Source: Massalongia carnosa
Taxonomy: Eukaryota
Reading direction: 5' to 3'
DNA length: 64,000 nucleotides
NCBI GenBank assembly: GCA_965645245.1
Contig: OZ287076.1
Span: forward strand, 186,001 to 250,000
Numbering within the stretch: position 1 is the stretch's first letter; the number at the start of each line of letters is the position of its first letter. A program made the translations under genes and the position numbers. The notes under the pieces are model-generated. The model ran no database searches. It saw nothing but the letters and a program-made list of their open reading frames with translations, and was not told the origin of the DNA. Of this stretch, positions 34,616 to 49,160 are shown in pieces.

Positions 34616-36835
34616 ATCGTCGGCCTCGCTTAGCTGCCTCCATACGAGGTGTACCACCTCTAGTCGGGGAAAGCGGTCTGCGTAGGCAAGCGATCTGCGT
34701 AGTTTCAATTTCAGTTTACCACCTAGAGAATTTTGCAGCTTTTTGCGACACTTCTCGACCGGAACCTACGACCATTAGCTATTATTATTCATACCAACTG
34801 CACATCCTAACTGCTCATTTATCAACCGGGAATGCATTATATTTTTTCCAATTTCACCAGTTTTATCACCTATTTACAACTCATTTGCGACGCCGTCTCA
34901 TCCTGATTTGCAACCTCCATTTGCTTTATTTTCAACCTCATTTGCAAACATTATTAATAAGTAGATATATATCAATTTCGCGTTCTAATAGTAACTCCTA
35001 GTCTGACGATAGCCCCCTTGATAAAAGTTAAACTGCTCATCCTCATCACCCTCATCACCTTCATCATTCTCATCCTCATCACCATCATCACCCTCATCAT
35101 TCTCATTATTCTCATCAAAAGCTATGAAGTTCGTCTGCTCGCGAATAGAGTCATCTTCTATAACTCGTAGACTATCATCACCTATAGTATCCGTGATGAA
35201 TTCGATCTCATCCCTATCTTCATCTGTCTCATCTGCAGTCTGCCCTTTCTTCTTTCTTGCCGCCTCCTTCCTCGCCACCTCCATCTTCCAAATAGAGTTT
35301 GTCTTCTTCCATTCTGCTTCGGGATCTTCAATGGGAGTCAGCTTATCAATAGGAATGATGACGCCTTGCCTGTCGAGCTCCTTGACTTGCTTTTGCCGAA
35401 CTCTTTCATCTTTTCGCGCAGCAACTCCCTTGATGTGTATAGCATTACGTTCCATTCGCCATATTCTCATGTAATTGTTGTGCTCCTTTCTTCTTTCCTC
35501 TCGTTCTTCTTTTTCTTGCTTTTCGGCAATGACTCGTTCTGCGTCCTCCTTTGTGAGTCCTGACGCCTCCGAATAGGTAGATTTTATCCTCTTGCGAGAG
35601 GTTGCTTTGTGTAGCAATTCATCATTTCTCCTTTTGCGGATAATTTCAGTTCGAAGTCGGTGAGATTTGATTTTGCAACAATCTGCTTCGCACTAGCAAC
35701 AAACTGTTCAAACTCGTTTGGCCGATTATCATCACTCCACTGCGTACATTCTGAATTTTTGGCAACCAATCAATCAGCCCCCTTTCAACATCATCGAAGG
35801 TTTGAGGTTGAATTCGTGCGGGCAACACTGGAAGGGGGGGATCCTCATTCGCGCGCTTCTGACCCGGCAGGTGGCCCCGCATCACCTGGTCACCCCGCAG
35901 CATTCGAACGGGCCTTTCAACCCCTAGGGCGGCGAATTTTTAAAGCTGTTTAATGCATAACCCCCTATTGATAGGCCACATTCCGGCCTTTCTAAAAGCA
36001 GATCGAATGGTGGAGCTTGTGAAAGTGTTGTCTCGTATTTTGGTGAGGTCTTGACAAAACCGAGTCAATGAATACTCGGTGTTGAACTCTGCAAGGACAT
36101 CTTGGATAACCTTATCATGCCAATGCTTATAGGGTTGAAATACACCCACATCAAGGGTTTGCATACAATGAGTCAGATATGGTATCAGGGGGAGAGGGCG
36201 AATGTGATTTTCATTGGCAAGCTTTATAAACTCAGGGGTGCAATGAGTCCCATGATTATCCATAAGCATCAATTTCCACTGCTTTGTAGGCCCCGAGTTT
36301 GTATTCGCAATGAAATGCTTCAAAAATTCAATGGCTATTTCATCGGTGATGAACCCACTTTCTGATACTTGAATCAGAGTCCCCGTGGGCAGCCCTTCTT
36401 CGAACTAGTTCTGCATTATTCTACGACCTTGCATGATTAAAGGGGGGGTGATTGATTACCGGCGGCGTTGATGCTTTCGATTATGGTGAGAGATTTGCGA
36501 TTTTCTGGACTGATCGAATAGAACTCCTTAATATCTGATGGAACTAGAATTTCATGACCCTTCATACACTCAACTCGAAATCCTGCTTCATCAAAGTTCC
36601 AGATATCTTGTGAACGAATTATTCCCAACTCTGGAAGAACCCGCTGATATCGATCAAACCATGATCTCACATCTGACTCCTGAGCCGCAGTATATCGAAT
36701 AACTGCCAGCGGCTTGGTCTTTATCTTGTGCAGGCCATTGTCTTTCCACCATTGCCTAAACCACCGCGGACTTGGACGATTGAATTCCTAGAGGTGGTAC
36801 ACCTCGTATGGAGGCAGCTAAGCGAGGCCGACGAT
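34616..36835 (-). mobile_element. Fot1/pogo transposon, internally deleted (no N-terminal HTH)
   Basis: Perfect ~48-bp TIRs ATCGTCGGCCTCGCTTAGCTGCCTCCATACGAGGTGTACCACCTCTAG with flanking TA. Transposase fragments WNFDEAGF, MDNHGTH, QTLDVGVF; the coding sequence abuts the TIR near 36787. Confidence 0.92.
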
Positions 36836-39800
36836 TATCTCGGTTTAGACTCAAAGCTGAGTCCGGCTCACTCTCCCACAACTCTCACCGTGGCTTCTCA
36901 ACCCCCATCTCTTGATTCCTCTCATCCTACACCAATCTTGCATCGTAGCACAATCCTGGTGGCCTTCCAGCTTCTAGAATTCATCAAAACCGGTCACAGA
37001 TACGCCGATCTCATCAGTAAAGAGATCAGGCAGGTAGCCTCCGCCGTAGTTGCAACCAACACTAGACCAACTGAAGGTCAACTTATCACTATCCAAACAT
37101 CATTAAGGCAAGGTCCATCCACAAGATCCTCTGCAGAACCCGTAGCGTTTGACTATAGATGGGCCACAGACAAAGGCGATCTTAGAGTAGCTCTACAGGT
37201 TTTCTATAAGGACACGGCAGAATTTCGAGGTTCATCTTACTACTATAGCTTCTTAATATTCAGGGAACCATCAAATTCCTCCGGAACTCCCACTCCCGAA
37301 AGACCAAGTGTTGACCTTTTGCAGAACACCTCGATACCTGCCTGATCAAAATCCGGCTTCTGCTACTAGAGCTACAACAAGGGAGACATCGGCCGACGAA
37401 GTAATATTCAACAGTCCAATCGGGCCGCAGGACCAACCACACCCGGTCCCTCCCAAATTTGCCCCAGGTACTCTTAGGCTTAAGCCATCCTCTTTACATC
37501 CAAGATGGTCTCATCGTCAGCCCAACCTACTATTGATCCGACAATTCAAGCCATGATCGACGCCGCGATAACATCCGCATTCAGACGTCTTGAAAAAAAT
37601 CAGTCCGCAGCATCGGGACCCCCAGGACCACCCGGGCCGCCAGGACCCCCAGGCGATCGAGGGGAACCAGGCCTAGGATCTAATAGCACATCAGGCGGTC
37701 GTTGGAATGCAGGTGAGATAGGTTTCTTTGATCCCCACTTCGAGGGCAAGAGCTTGTCCACCGGTCCCTCAATCGAACATTCGGGCAAAGACACATATTA
37801 CAGGGACGTACACGTCTTTTGTGACAGGATAAAAGATATGGCAATCATACTAGGAGGAGAGCAGGTACGAAACCACCTTGCCACTTGCCTTAGAGGGACA
37901 GCCCTTAGCTGGTACACATCGGAGCTTGTGGATGGAGAGAAACGACTATTGAAATATGGTAAGGACGTTGACGAATGGATCACAGCATTGACATCCCGGT
38001 TTAAAGAAAGCCCTGGGATCGCTATGAAGACCATCATGAGAGAAAAGTACACAATGGAAGATGCTCGAAGGCATAAGGAACCCAGAGAATATGCCAAATC
38101 ATCCTGCGTGCGGCCAAATCAGCCAGTATGACAGAAGTTTATAATCAGCTCTTTTTGATTTACAATGGCCTCGATGTGGAATTTCAGATAGATATGATGA
38201 CTCCAACACCCACCACCAACCTTAGTGGATTCCTACAGGAATTAGACTCTCATAAGGAGATCTGGTGGGCCTTGGGTGCCAGGTCTGGATATGGCAACAG
38301 CTCTAAGCAGCCGTCACGAAACTATCGCTCCACAGGTCAGTATAGATCCAACTACAATTCCAATTCCAATTCTGGACCCTTCAACAGACAGGAATATTTC
38401 CGGACCGGGGCTTCAACCTGTCATCGGCAAACCTCAGTTCAATGCTTATTCTGAACAGTATTCCAACAACATGGCCACTGGCTACAATCAAGTCTCAAAC
38501 GACGCGCGTGCCCTGAATGCTCCACCCTCTCAGAAGATGATCACGCAAGGCCAATCCAATTCAGGAAACGGGTCCGCTTCTCGCGCAAATCAGCAATTCA
38601 GACAACCTCTCCGCAACATCTTTCCTGATAACAAAGGCAGCTTCAAACCACAAAAAGCCTATCACACAACCACGGACGACAACTCGAAAGACGTGAATTT
38701 CAGTACTGAGGAAAGATACTGGGAAGACGATCGATACTACGATGAACAGCAGGAGAATACATCAGACCACCCAGATGAGCCGGATTCGGCCGACGTAAAT
38801 TTCGTAGAACCTGAAATAACTTACACATGTAAAAGATGCACATCGTCATTCTATTCTAACAACAAGCTTCATAGACACCTTCGAGGATGCCGAGCGGTTC
38901 AGAAGACATCGGTTATCGTCAACTTTGTTGACTGCAGTAAACACGATGATGTATCAGCGAAAGTACTTCGCTCCAAAGCAAATCAGGTACAAACGACGGA
39001 TTTAGCTTCAGGTCCTGGCACTATGCTAAGATTCTCGCCTCACTCATTTAAAGGAAAACCAGAGGAGATTTGTCTAGATACAGGAACTAGCATGTCTGCA
39101 ATTGATCATGGATTCTTGCTGGAAAGAGTTCCAGAGGCGAAGATAATGAAAACAGCCGTTCCATTCACCCTTCGAGGCATTGGTAAAGAGTTACATGATA
39201 GCTCGGAGTATGTATTACAAGACATATATCTACCAGGTCGGACCAAGGATGGGCCAGCCATCGCACACATTACTCGAGAAATCCATATAGTTGACAGTCT
39301 AAAAGCCAAAGCATTTATAGGAATGGACATCATCTTCCCAGAAGAAATGGTGATCAACACTCGAAAGAACGTCGTAGAGTTCGGAAGTTGTGAGGTAGAG
39401 ATCCAATTGTTCACTACATCAAAGGGTCAAAGGATCAATCGATCGGTTCTGGCACAGACATTGACCACCATTCCTCCGAACACGACCATGGCGCTGCCCA
39501 TAAAAATGCGCGGAAAAACCATACCGAGTGACAGAGACTACTCATTCCATCCAAGCTCTAACAGAACCCTCGGCCCAGAAGGAGGCCTCTTCTCTCACAT
39601 AACTAACTCTCAGTTCGCCGCTATTCAGGTACGGAATACCTCGAATAAACCGGTAATACTACCAAAAAATATGAAGGTAGGTACGTTAGTAGATTACGAA
39701 GAAGAAGGCTGCTACAACGTAGAGGAAGAAAACCGCCATTTAGCTATCAAATCAGCGCCAAACTGGTACGATAGCTTCACCAAATTGGCTAAATTTGGGC

Positions 39801-42800
39801 CGGCGGCCTTCAGCGGCACATCTCATGTTCTATCCCAACCACACGAAACTGCGCAGGAAAGGGTAACAGACAACGGAATAACCATATACGGCGATTCTTC
39901 GACATAAAACAGGCTTTCTGCAGTGGCAAAGGCCTATCACGATATATGGAGGGACAAAGGAGGTGTTGTGAATATCCTAGAAAAGGACTGGATGGAAATA
40001 AAAACAATAAATGACGCAAAGCCCATGCCAGCCAGAGTCTTTCGCTTGGGACCGGAGGATAGAGCGGTAGTTGACAAAGAATTCGATGCGATGCACAAGA
40101 GTGGCAAGATGGAATGGACAACCAAACCCACACCATTTGCATACCCAGTATTCGTGGCATGGCGAACAATTCATCTCCCAGGGAAGATTCCAGAAAGGAA
40201 GGGCTGCGTCGTCATAGATATTCGAGGGCTCAATAAGTTATCCGAATTCGATGCTTACCCAATGCCTTTACAGGCGGATGTTACCTCCGCTATTCAGGGC
40301 TGCACCTACATCAGCGTCATGGACGGGGCAGGTTTCTTCCATCAGTGGCCAGTAAAAAAATTGGACCGCCACAAACTCACAGTAGTATCTCATAGAGGAT
40401 CAGAACAATGGAACGTGGCAGTAATGGGATACAGAAACAGCCCGGCCTATGCGCAACGTCAAATCGACGGGATTCTCAGGCCATATCGAGCTTTTGCCAG
40501 GGCATACGTAGATGATATAGTCATATTCAGCCACTCTTTGGAAGAGCATATTCGCCATCTCAATCGGATTTTCGAACTATTCAGCAAAATCAATCTGGCA
40601 ATCAAGCCTTCTAAGACGTACCTCGGATACCCTACCATCACACTTCTAGGACAGAAGGTGGATAGTCTTGGCCTCACAACCGCAGCGGAAAAGCTATCCG
40701 CAATAGCAGGCATGAGTTTCCCAGAAAGGCTCAAAGATCTCGAGCGATATCTTGGATTCACCGGATGGCTTCGCGATCATGTACCATACTACGCACAAAA
40801 GGCGGAACCGTTGCAAATTCGGAAGACCATGCTTCTTAGAGACTCTCCTTCCAACAAGGGTAAATCTAGGAAGAACTATAGCCTTCGAACCCTTATCGCA
40901 ACCCATCCGATGCAGAGCTGGACGCCTACTCTCAATTACAAGAAGCATTCAGCAAGCCTAGCATGCTCACTCATTTTTCCACAACACGAAGACTGTACGC
41001 CGACGTAGATACCTCCAAGCAAGGAGTAGGAGTTATGGTATATCATTTAAAAAGCGATAGAGGTAATGACGGAGTATCAATACCCGCACTACCTCTGAAA
41101 AGACAAGACGTAGACCCCATCCTGTTTCTCAGCAAAACTCTTTCGGCCGCCGAATCAAGATACTGGCCCACTGAGTTAGAGATGAATGGGCTAGTATGGA
41201 TGGTAAAGAGAATTCATCATATGATTCAAGGATCGAGACATTCAACTACTATTTATACCAATCATGCGGCAAATACAGCAATTGCTAAACAGACTAAGTT
41301 GTCTACAAGTAGCATCGACAAGCTCAACCTCAATCTCGTCAAAGCATCTACATATCTATCTCAGTTCAGGTTAGACATACGGTACAAACCCGGCAAAGCT
41401 CATATAGTCCTAGATGCACTGAGCCGATTGCCCGTCGCTAACCGAAGTACACCAAAGACAATTAATCTGGAATCCTATAAAACCTCCGTAGAATCCCTAG
41501 AATCCGATCGAGTGTACGCCCACAGTCAAGCCTTGATAACACTATCCACAGATTTCAAGAAAAAACTCGCAACGGGTTATATCAAGGACAAATCGTGGTG
41601 CAAAATATTGGGAATGTCAGAGGGTCTGGAGAAGCGTAAGATGAAAGAAGTAACTACACAAAGTAGCAATTCCAATGCTGATAATGCGGTGAAAACGGGC
41701 GTGGACTTCGTGCTCGCACACGGTCTCATATATCACAAACACGAGGGCAGTAACGCCACCAGCAACAGCAGCAGGCTGTGCATTCCTCAAAATTGCGAAA
41801 AGGAAGTATTTCAACTGGCCCACGATCAGAACTTTCACGCCGGCCATCATAGAGCTTATCGCCGTTTGGTTGAGAGCATCTACATGCCAAGACTATCTCG
41901 CAAACTTCATCTCTACATTAAACACTGCCCTGCATGTCAGCTAAATCAGACCAAAAGACATCCCCCATACGGCGAATTGATGCCAATTTCTAATTCAACA
42001 ATACCATTCCGAACAATTGCTATGGATTTCATACTCGCAATCCCCGGTGACCTAGATGTAGTTCTCACAATCTCAGACAAAGCGACCAGGAAAAAATCGC
42101 TTATCGCTGGTAAATCAACGCATTCCGCGGACGAATGGGCCGAATTAGTATTGGAGCGCCTGTTGATAGCCGATTGGGGGATACCAGAGGGTATAATCTC
42201 GGATAGAGACCCCAAATTTCTTTCAGAATTCTGGAAGGGCCTATTCAAAAGATTGGGTATCAGTCTATTGACAAGTACAGCATATCATCCACAGAGGACG
42301 GTTTATCCGAAAGAACAAGTCAAACCGTGGAGATAGCGCTTCGATACCTGATCACCGAGAATCCCGATATAAGTGTAGTGAAAGCGCTTCCAGCTTTACA
42401 AGCAAGTCTAAACAATTCTCCCACGTCATCCACAGGACTATCTCCTAATGAAATAATGTACGGATTCAAAGTGAAAGAAATATTGTCAACACTGGCCCCC
42501 GAGAAAGAGCCAAACATAGCCGAAAAAAGACTCGAGTATGCACAAGAGGCCGCAGACGCCACATCTTTTGCCAATGCAAAAGCCAAGATCTATTACGATG
42601 CAAGACACAAGCCTTTGTTATTGAAGGAAGGGGACTATGCGTATTTACGCCTTCACAATGAGTATCAATTACCGTGCAAACCTAATAAGAAGCTGAGCAA
42701 TCAGCGAACTGGACCCTTTCTCATTAAGAAAAGGGTAGGGCGCCTGGCGTACGAACTAGAGCTACCTCCTAAATGGAGGGTACATCCCGTCGTATCCATT

Positions 42801-43320
42801 GCCCAGCTTGAGCCTGCAGACACTACAAAGGACCCGTATGATTGTTATAGACCCACGCATCCAGAATCAGTGGAGATGCTAGGCGACACAATTGACAGTA
42901 AATCCTACGAAGTGGAGAAGATGGTAGCCAAACGGCTCCGAAAATATGGGAAGACCACAGTAACTCAATACCTCGTACGATGGCTGGGGTACGGACCAGA
43001 GTACGATGAATGGAGAAGCATCGCAGCCTTAGGAGACTGCTTAACACTGGTAGAAGAATATGAATCAACTCATCCGGAGGTAAAGCAATCAAAGACACAA
43101 CGAAAGCAGCGGGTTGTAGCAACTAAAGGGCTTCTAATAAAGCCCAAACATCACACATGGCACGCACAGGTACACCTACAACAGCGGCCGAACTGACCGC
43201 AGTAAGCAAAAATCCGCCATCAGCTCAAACCACAACGCCTCCGACAACATCCCTAGCAAAACATGCATCTATTCCAACATTCAAAGCAATAAACAATAAT
43301 TCACCCGATGATATCGACTA

Positions 43321-45516
43321 ACGTAACTCACTGGGCAACGGGACAAACTGGGCAACGGGACTAAGTAATTCCGAAATCATCACTTTTTGACCACTCTAGA
43401 TGATGAAGCCTTCATTACATACATTTTACATACAAATTCAGCTTCAGACATCACAGTAGATTATATTTATCGTTTTGAAACTTTATAATCATGGGTGTAG
43501 GTAAAAAACCACCTCCCACAAGACCTCCATTCTTCATGTTTTCACCCCACCTCCACCTATCAACAACGATTACAGTCAGCCTTTTTGGCCTGGAAACAGG
43601 CCGATGGAGCTCTTTCCATTACGAAGGCAGCTTTTCTATATGATGTTTCAAAGTCTACCCTTCATGCCCGCATTCAAGGTCGTCAACCACGATTTACGTC
43701 TGATCAAACTAAACAACTGCTGACCCCCGAGGAGGAAGACGCTTTGACGAACTGGGTTTTACAACTGTACGCCTGGGGCTGGCCTGCTAAAATAGCTCAG
43801 CTACGTCAGATGGCCATAGAATTACTACGAGCAAGGGGGAATCATACTGTGCTAGGAGTCAATTGGCAACAGTATTTTTTACATCGTCATCCCGATCTGC
43901 AGGCTAAATACAGTCGCACACTAGATCAAGAACGATTATTCGCTGAGAATGAAGAGATATTTCAGCACTGGTTTGACCTTTTCCTCTCCATGAAAGAAAA
44001 GCACGGAATTCTTGATGAAGACATCTATAACATGGACGAAAAGGGATTCATGATGGGGGTAGCTGCTAGTGCTAAAGTAGTAATTTCTAAGCACGAAAAG
44101 CAAGCCTTTTCAGCACAGTCAGGTAATCGAGAATGGGTGTCATTGATCGAGTCCATTTGTACTACCGGTCGAAGTTTACCTCTTTTCGTCATCTTCAAAG
44201 GAGTCAACAAGCAAAAGGCCGGGTACGATGCACTGGAGGACATTGATACTGAAATAGCTACTAGCGAAAACGGATAGACAGACAATGAACTAGGTCTTGA
44301 TTGGTTGAAAAAGTGTTTTGAACCTGCTACTGCAAAATATCTACACGGTGAATATCGACTTCTTATAGTAGATGGTCATGCTTCCCATATTTCTACCGAA
44401 TTCATCAAGTTTTGCAACGAAAAGAAAATCATTCTTTTGTGTCTACCTCCACATACTACCCATATGTTGCAACCTCTGGACGTGAGTGTTTTTGGGCCCT
44501 TGTCACGGGAGTACAAAAAACAATTGGAGGTCGTCACCCGATTCAACGTCTGTTCAGTGGACAAGGTGGATTTTCTGAATCACCACCACTACCACCACCA
44601 CCACCACCACCACCACCACCACCACCACTACTACTACCACCACCACCACGAATATCACCTCCTCTTATCCTAACACTCCGACAACCCTTCAAAACTCTCA
44701 CGAAATTGAAAAGACACCTGCAAATATCGATCAAATAAATCAACTGGTTCGTCGAATTCGAAATGATGAAAAATCAGACTCGACTCCCGTTCGAGCGCTA
44801 AATAAATTGATAAAAGGCGCTAAATATGCCTTCGCAGACTCTACCTTGCTACGTATCACCAACAACGAGCTTCTTCAGGCCAATGTACGGCGCCATCATC
44901 GAGCCAATCGTAGCGGGGCTCACTATGGAGGAAAGGCTCGAGTTCTAAGCCTTGAAGACGTTCAACAAAGACAGCAATGGGCCAAAGATAAACAAAAGGT
45001 GAAAGACAGAAAAAAGAAGGCCGGTCAGCTAAAACGAGCTGAGCAGGACCTTATCAAAACTTTCAGGGAAATGTGTCGATTTGGACCTGATTTACTAGGA
45101 CAAACGTCTACTGCATCTTCGACGAAAAGTCCTCAGAAAAGTCCTCAGAAAGCACCTGATAGTTCACAAAGTAAGCCTATTTGTTCTTTTCAAAGACGAT
45201 TACTACCTCCTCCCGTGCTTCAACCAATGACAGAAGAGGTAGAGGGGGTGGAGGAGGTGAAGGTGAGTGGGGGGGTAGAGGTGGAGGTGGAGGTGGTAGA
45301 GGAGGTGAAGAAGGTTCAAACTACCAGACGGGGTCGTATTGTACGTCAACCACGTAAAATGTGATTAAGTTGCATGCAGACAAAATATCAATTTCACGTC
45401 TAATAGACATTGAAGCCGACTTTGTATGTAAAACGGGTGAGAGGGAGGCTGTAGAAATTAAGCGAAATTTAGTTAGTCCCGTTGCCCAGTTTGTCCCGTT
45501 GCCCAGTGAGTTACGT
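43321..45516 (+). mobile_element. Fot1/pogo transposon with inactivated transposase
   Basis: 44-bp TIRs ACGTAACTCACTGGGCAACGGGACAAACTGGGCAACGGGACTAA with TA at 43319-43320 and 45517-45518. Motifs NMDEKGF, DGHASH, LQPLDV; TAG at 44275. Confidence 0.95.
44581..44649. repeat. (CAC/CCA)n microsatellite
   Basis: About 23 imperfect triplets within the transposase C-terminal region. Confidence 0.9.
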
Positions 45517-47506
45517 TAGGCCAACGAGGGCGCTGGCGATCTTTTCAAAGGGGGGCACTTGTTGAGGTACACACGGAGATAAAGCGATTAGGAGATATCG
45601 CAGTTAGCATTAACTTAGTAGCTTATCAAGCAAATGAAGCATTGCGCTTTTCGTCACCGGTCGTCATGACTCGTTTAGGACTAGCGTAGCAGTATATAGA
45701 CGAGCTCAGCTCAGTTCAAATCAAACATCCTTTTTACACCCAACATAATCAGAACCCAACTTGTTGCGCAGCGTAATTCTAATAAACACATATGTGAGGT
45801 TTTCATCGAAAGTCATTAAACGGGCTTAAATTAGGTGTGCATTCTCTCCCAGGTTTGTTTCTTCCGTGCCGGAGGATGGAAAAGAGACTCATAAAAGGGG
45901 TTCCGACATTATAGTTGTCAGGCATCATTCATGTATTCGGTCATACCAGCAGTCTGTCAATCGAGCAGTAGTTTTTCATTGTGTTCACTGTAAGCCTCCA
46001 GAGCCTAGTGCTGAGTTGCTCTTCTCACTTCTCTGCTACCTCTACCTGCCCCAGTTTATCTGATTCGCATTCCCACCTACTACCCCTCTTTATCAGACGT
46101 GTAAAATAAACTAAACGGGTGTTCGGATTCATGTCTACCACCGCGACACTTGAATCATAAGCTACGTATTTCTTGTCAAACCCGGATGGCATCCGGCGAC
46201 CTAGTTGCGATGTCGGTATTATTTCGAGAAGATTCGGGGCTGTTCGCGGGAGAGTTATTGGGCGAGGTTTTAGGCGAGACAACAACAAGTTCGGAAAACG
46301 ATTTGGGAGAGAAGACCCGTGCCCAGTAGACGAAACTTGGGATATGAATAGAGGCGAAGTATGATTCATCGATTCTCAAGTCGGCCTCCACCTCCGTGGA
46401 GCTTTGTCCCTCTGAGCGCTTATTTTCTGGCGGCATTATATCACTTGTCGATAAATTCATGCGCACTGCGCCCTTGGGTATTGGAATTGAGCAAAAAACA
46501 CAATCATCTGGTTCGTTATTAACACGAAATCTACCTCATCAGAGACCACGGGGGATTGACTTACCAGACGAGGACGGTAGAGCGCGTCTGCTCACTCGAT
46601 TTTCTCCCACGTTATAGACCAGAGCCTTCTTGGAGATCCTAAAACGTCGTCCCATAATTACAAGTACAGGTATGAAACCAAGGATTCAATCTCCGATATA
46701 AATTCGATTAATAGTATGTTCAATAAAACATCACAAGCGCAAGCGCGTAAGATTTGGGACATGAAAACACACGGCGATCAAGCAGAGTAATAAGGACTTC
46801 GGGGGTGAAGGGCAAGGCTGAATTGAACAACATGAGGTGTCATCGGGGCTACTGTACGGGGTTATTAAGTAGGATAACAGAGTCACCAGCGATCGAATGG
46901 TCAATGTTAGGTGCCGCATGAGACAGGAGGTGGGAAATACACTGCCTCCACTAGGGCTGGGACGAGGCTGCGAAGTAAAGCAACTATCACACCCCTACAA
47001 ACGCACAAGATGACTAGTAATCGAATAATGATGCCGAATCAATCACCAGGATATGTATGTTAGTTACTTATTTGGTAGTAAAGGTTTTTTGATTGGTTTA
47101 GAACAGTAGAGTCTAGCTCTCCTAATTATGACTAATTATCACTCGCCCGGTGATCGCATGATCTCGTAGGGGTCAGATAAACGAGGGCTGTCATTTATCC
47201 ACCCACTACACAGTAAACTTCGTATGATGACCCAGCCTGCCTTGTGGGCAATTTCTAAGCGAGAGGAGAATCGTTCAACTTACCGAGCCAATTATGCGGC
47301 GCTAACGCCACCAATGTTTTTAGGCCATGTCCCGACAGTAATAGCCTCAGCAAGGATACAAATCTTCACGTAGAAATTGAACTGTACCTCCATTCTCTGA
47401 GCTAAAGGGACAGAGCCTCGATAGGGATGGCACTCTCCGCCTCTGGGTTCTACCTTCTCTTCCTTCGCACCGAGTATCGGTATCGTACATTCGTTTATCT
47501 TCGTCC

Positions 47507-49160
47507 ATGGACCCAAGCCGCAATTCCGAAGCGATCGAACCCGAAGTCGAAAGGATTAAGGACGAGGGCAAGCAATGGGCCGGGAATGTCACCGACGATA
47601 ACGCGTGGGACAGTCTACTGTTGACTCTAGGTAGATTGAAACATCATCATCCATTTCCTAGGATGTCTGCTGATACTAGTCGTAGATGGTGGTGGTATCA
47701 GAGGTTACTCGAGTCTGTTGATCCTGTTGGAGCTGATGAAGCGCATTCAACGCTGGGAGAAGAAAATCAATACCACGGATATCGATTTGAATGAGCTACT
47801 GCCATGCCATTATTTTGATTATATATGGGGCACGAGTACAGGCGGGTGGGTTCTTCTAATGTATTCATGCTGTGTCTGCGCTTCCTAACTTTTAGATCAG
47901 CCTAATTGCGATAATGCTGGGACGACTCCGCATGAGTGTTCCACAAGCCCTATCTGTGTATCGGGAAGTCGGAGAGAAAATATTTGGACGAAAGCAAAAA
48001 CGCGCCTTGGGTGGACTCAATGTTTTCGCGGCAAGGTACAATCATCAGGATGTCCAGAGTGTTGTAAACACAATTGTCCTTAAACACTGCAAAGAACATG
48101 CCACCGGGACCTGCAGCGCCGATAGATTACTATGGACTGATATGAAACACCACAACGTAGATAATCATTGGCATCTTTGTCAAGCGTATGTGTCGCTGTG
48201 ATAAAGGGAGCGTTGGGATAGAAGCTAACTTTAGCCAGTGCTTGTGTAACCGCTCGAGTAGACGGTAAAAACCATCAAGCATTGCCTCTGAGAACGTATC
48301 CATATGTTCATCATGAATCGCTCACGAGTCCGGATCCATATGGAGGAGTGGAAGACGCTGATATTCTCATCTGGGAGGCTGGGCGAGCGACGAGCGCTGC
48401 CCCGGTCTACTTCAAGCATTTTGAAAAACGAGACGGGAGCGGAAAGTTGCGCCGGTACCGAGATGGAGGGATCCTGTTGAACAATCCTAGTCACCGGGTG
48501 CTGAACGAGGTGCGAAATCGACACGGTTTGATGGCCAACGGCGTTAGGAAGGACCCAGCTCTCCTCTTCAGCGTCGGCACAGGTATCCAAGACAAGATTC
48601 CGTTTGCTGAGATTCCGGATGCGCAGCACAGGACCGGCAAATTGGACATCCCATTCAGGCAGTCGATCAAGCAAAAGGTGGCGTTAGGAAAACACCTGTT
48701 GATGCGATATACCGAGGGCGAGTCCATACATCGAAGGCTCAGGGAGGATGTGGCCGCTGAACATAAATGGTATAAGCGGCTGAATGTTGATCGAGGCCTC
48801 GGGAACATGGACCTTGGTGATTGGAGAAAAGGTGAATGGACCGATGAAAATGGTGTCAGGGCGACGCGCAAGGGAGGGGCAACATTGACGGACATGGAGC
48901 AGGCGGTCGGGGCCTACGTTGAACGACAGACCTTGAACAGAAAAAATCAGATCGAATGGCATCTCTTACCGAGCACGCTGATTGATCACACTGCCGAGAG
49001 ACTGGTTCGACATAAGGCCAAGAGAGCATCCTTGGCGGCGCTCCATGAAACTTACCGCGAGAGATGGTACTGCTACCGCGGTAGATGTATCACTGGGGAA
49101 CTCGCCGAAGATTGGAACGACGAGTCATTCGATGGGCCGTATGAACGATCACCGGAATAA
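47507..49160 (+). CDS. Stand-alone patatin-like phospholipase (PNPLA/iPLA2-like), apparently intact, 4 exons
   Basis: Exons 47507-47630, 47686-47845, 47901-48185 and 48239-49160 splice in frame: LLTLDGGGIRG, WGTSTGG, WEAGRATSAAP.YF, RDGGILLNNP, SVGTG. Confidence 0.88.

Larger units (their letters stand above)
36840..45760 (+). mobile_element. Ty3/Gypsy chromovirus-type retrotransposon, frameshifted, 5' LTR missing, interrupted by Fot1
   Basis: Gag, protease CLDTGTS, RT YVDDIVI, RNase H, integrase (H..H..CPAC; ISDRDPKF), GPF module and chromodomain YEVEK..YLVRWLGYGPEYDEW. PPT AAAGGGGGG near 45547 and a TGTTG LTR start at 45560; the LTR end is approximate. Confidence 0.9.

Noticed and set aside
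44305..44673. Poly-histidine protein
   Set aside because: It is a CAC microsatellite read in a shifted frame within a broken transposase; poly-Pro in the alternative frame.
45780..46620. Possible continuation of the SesB-like hydrolase after the TE cluster
   Set aside because: No GHSxGG/AHSLGG nucleophile motif or other hydrolase sequence found; only an unidentifiable decayed minus-strand frame.
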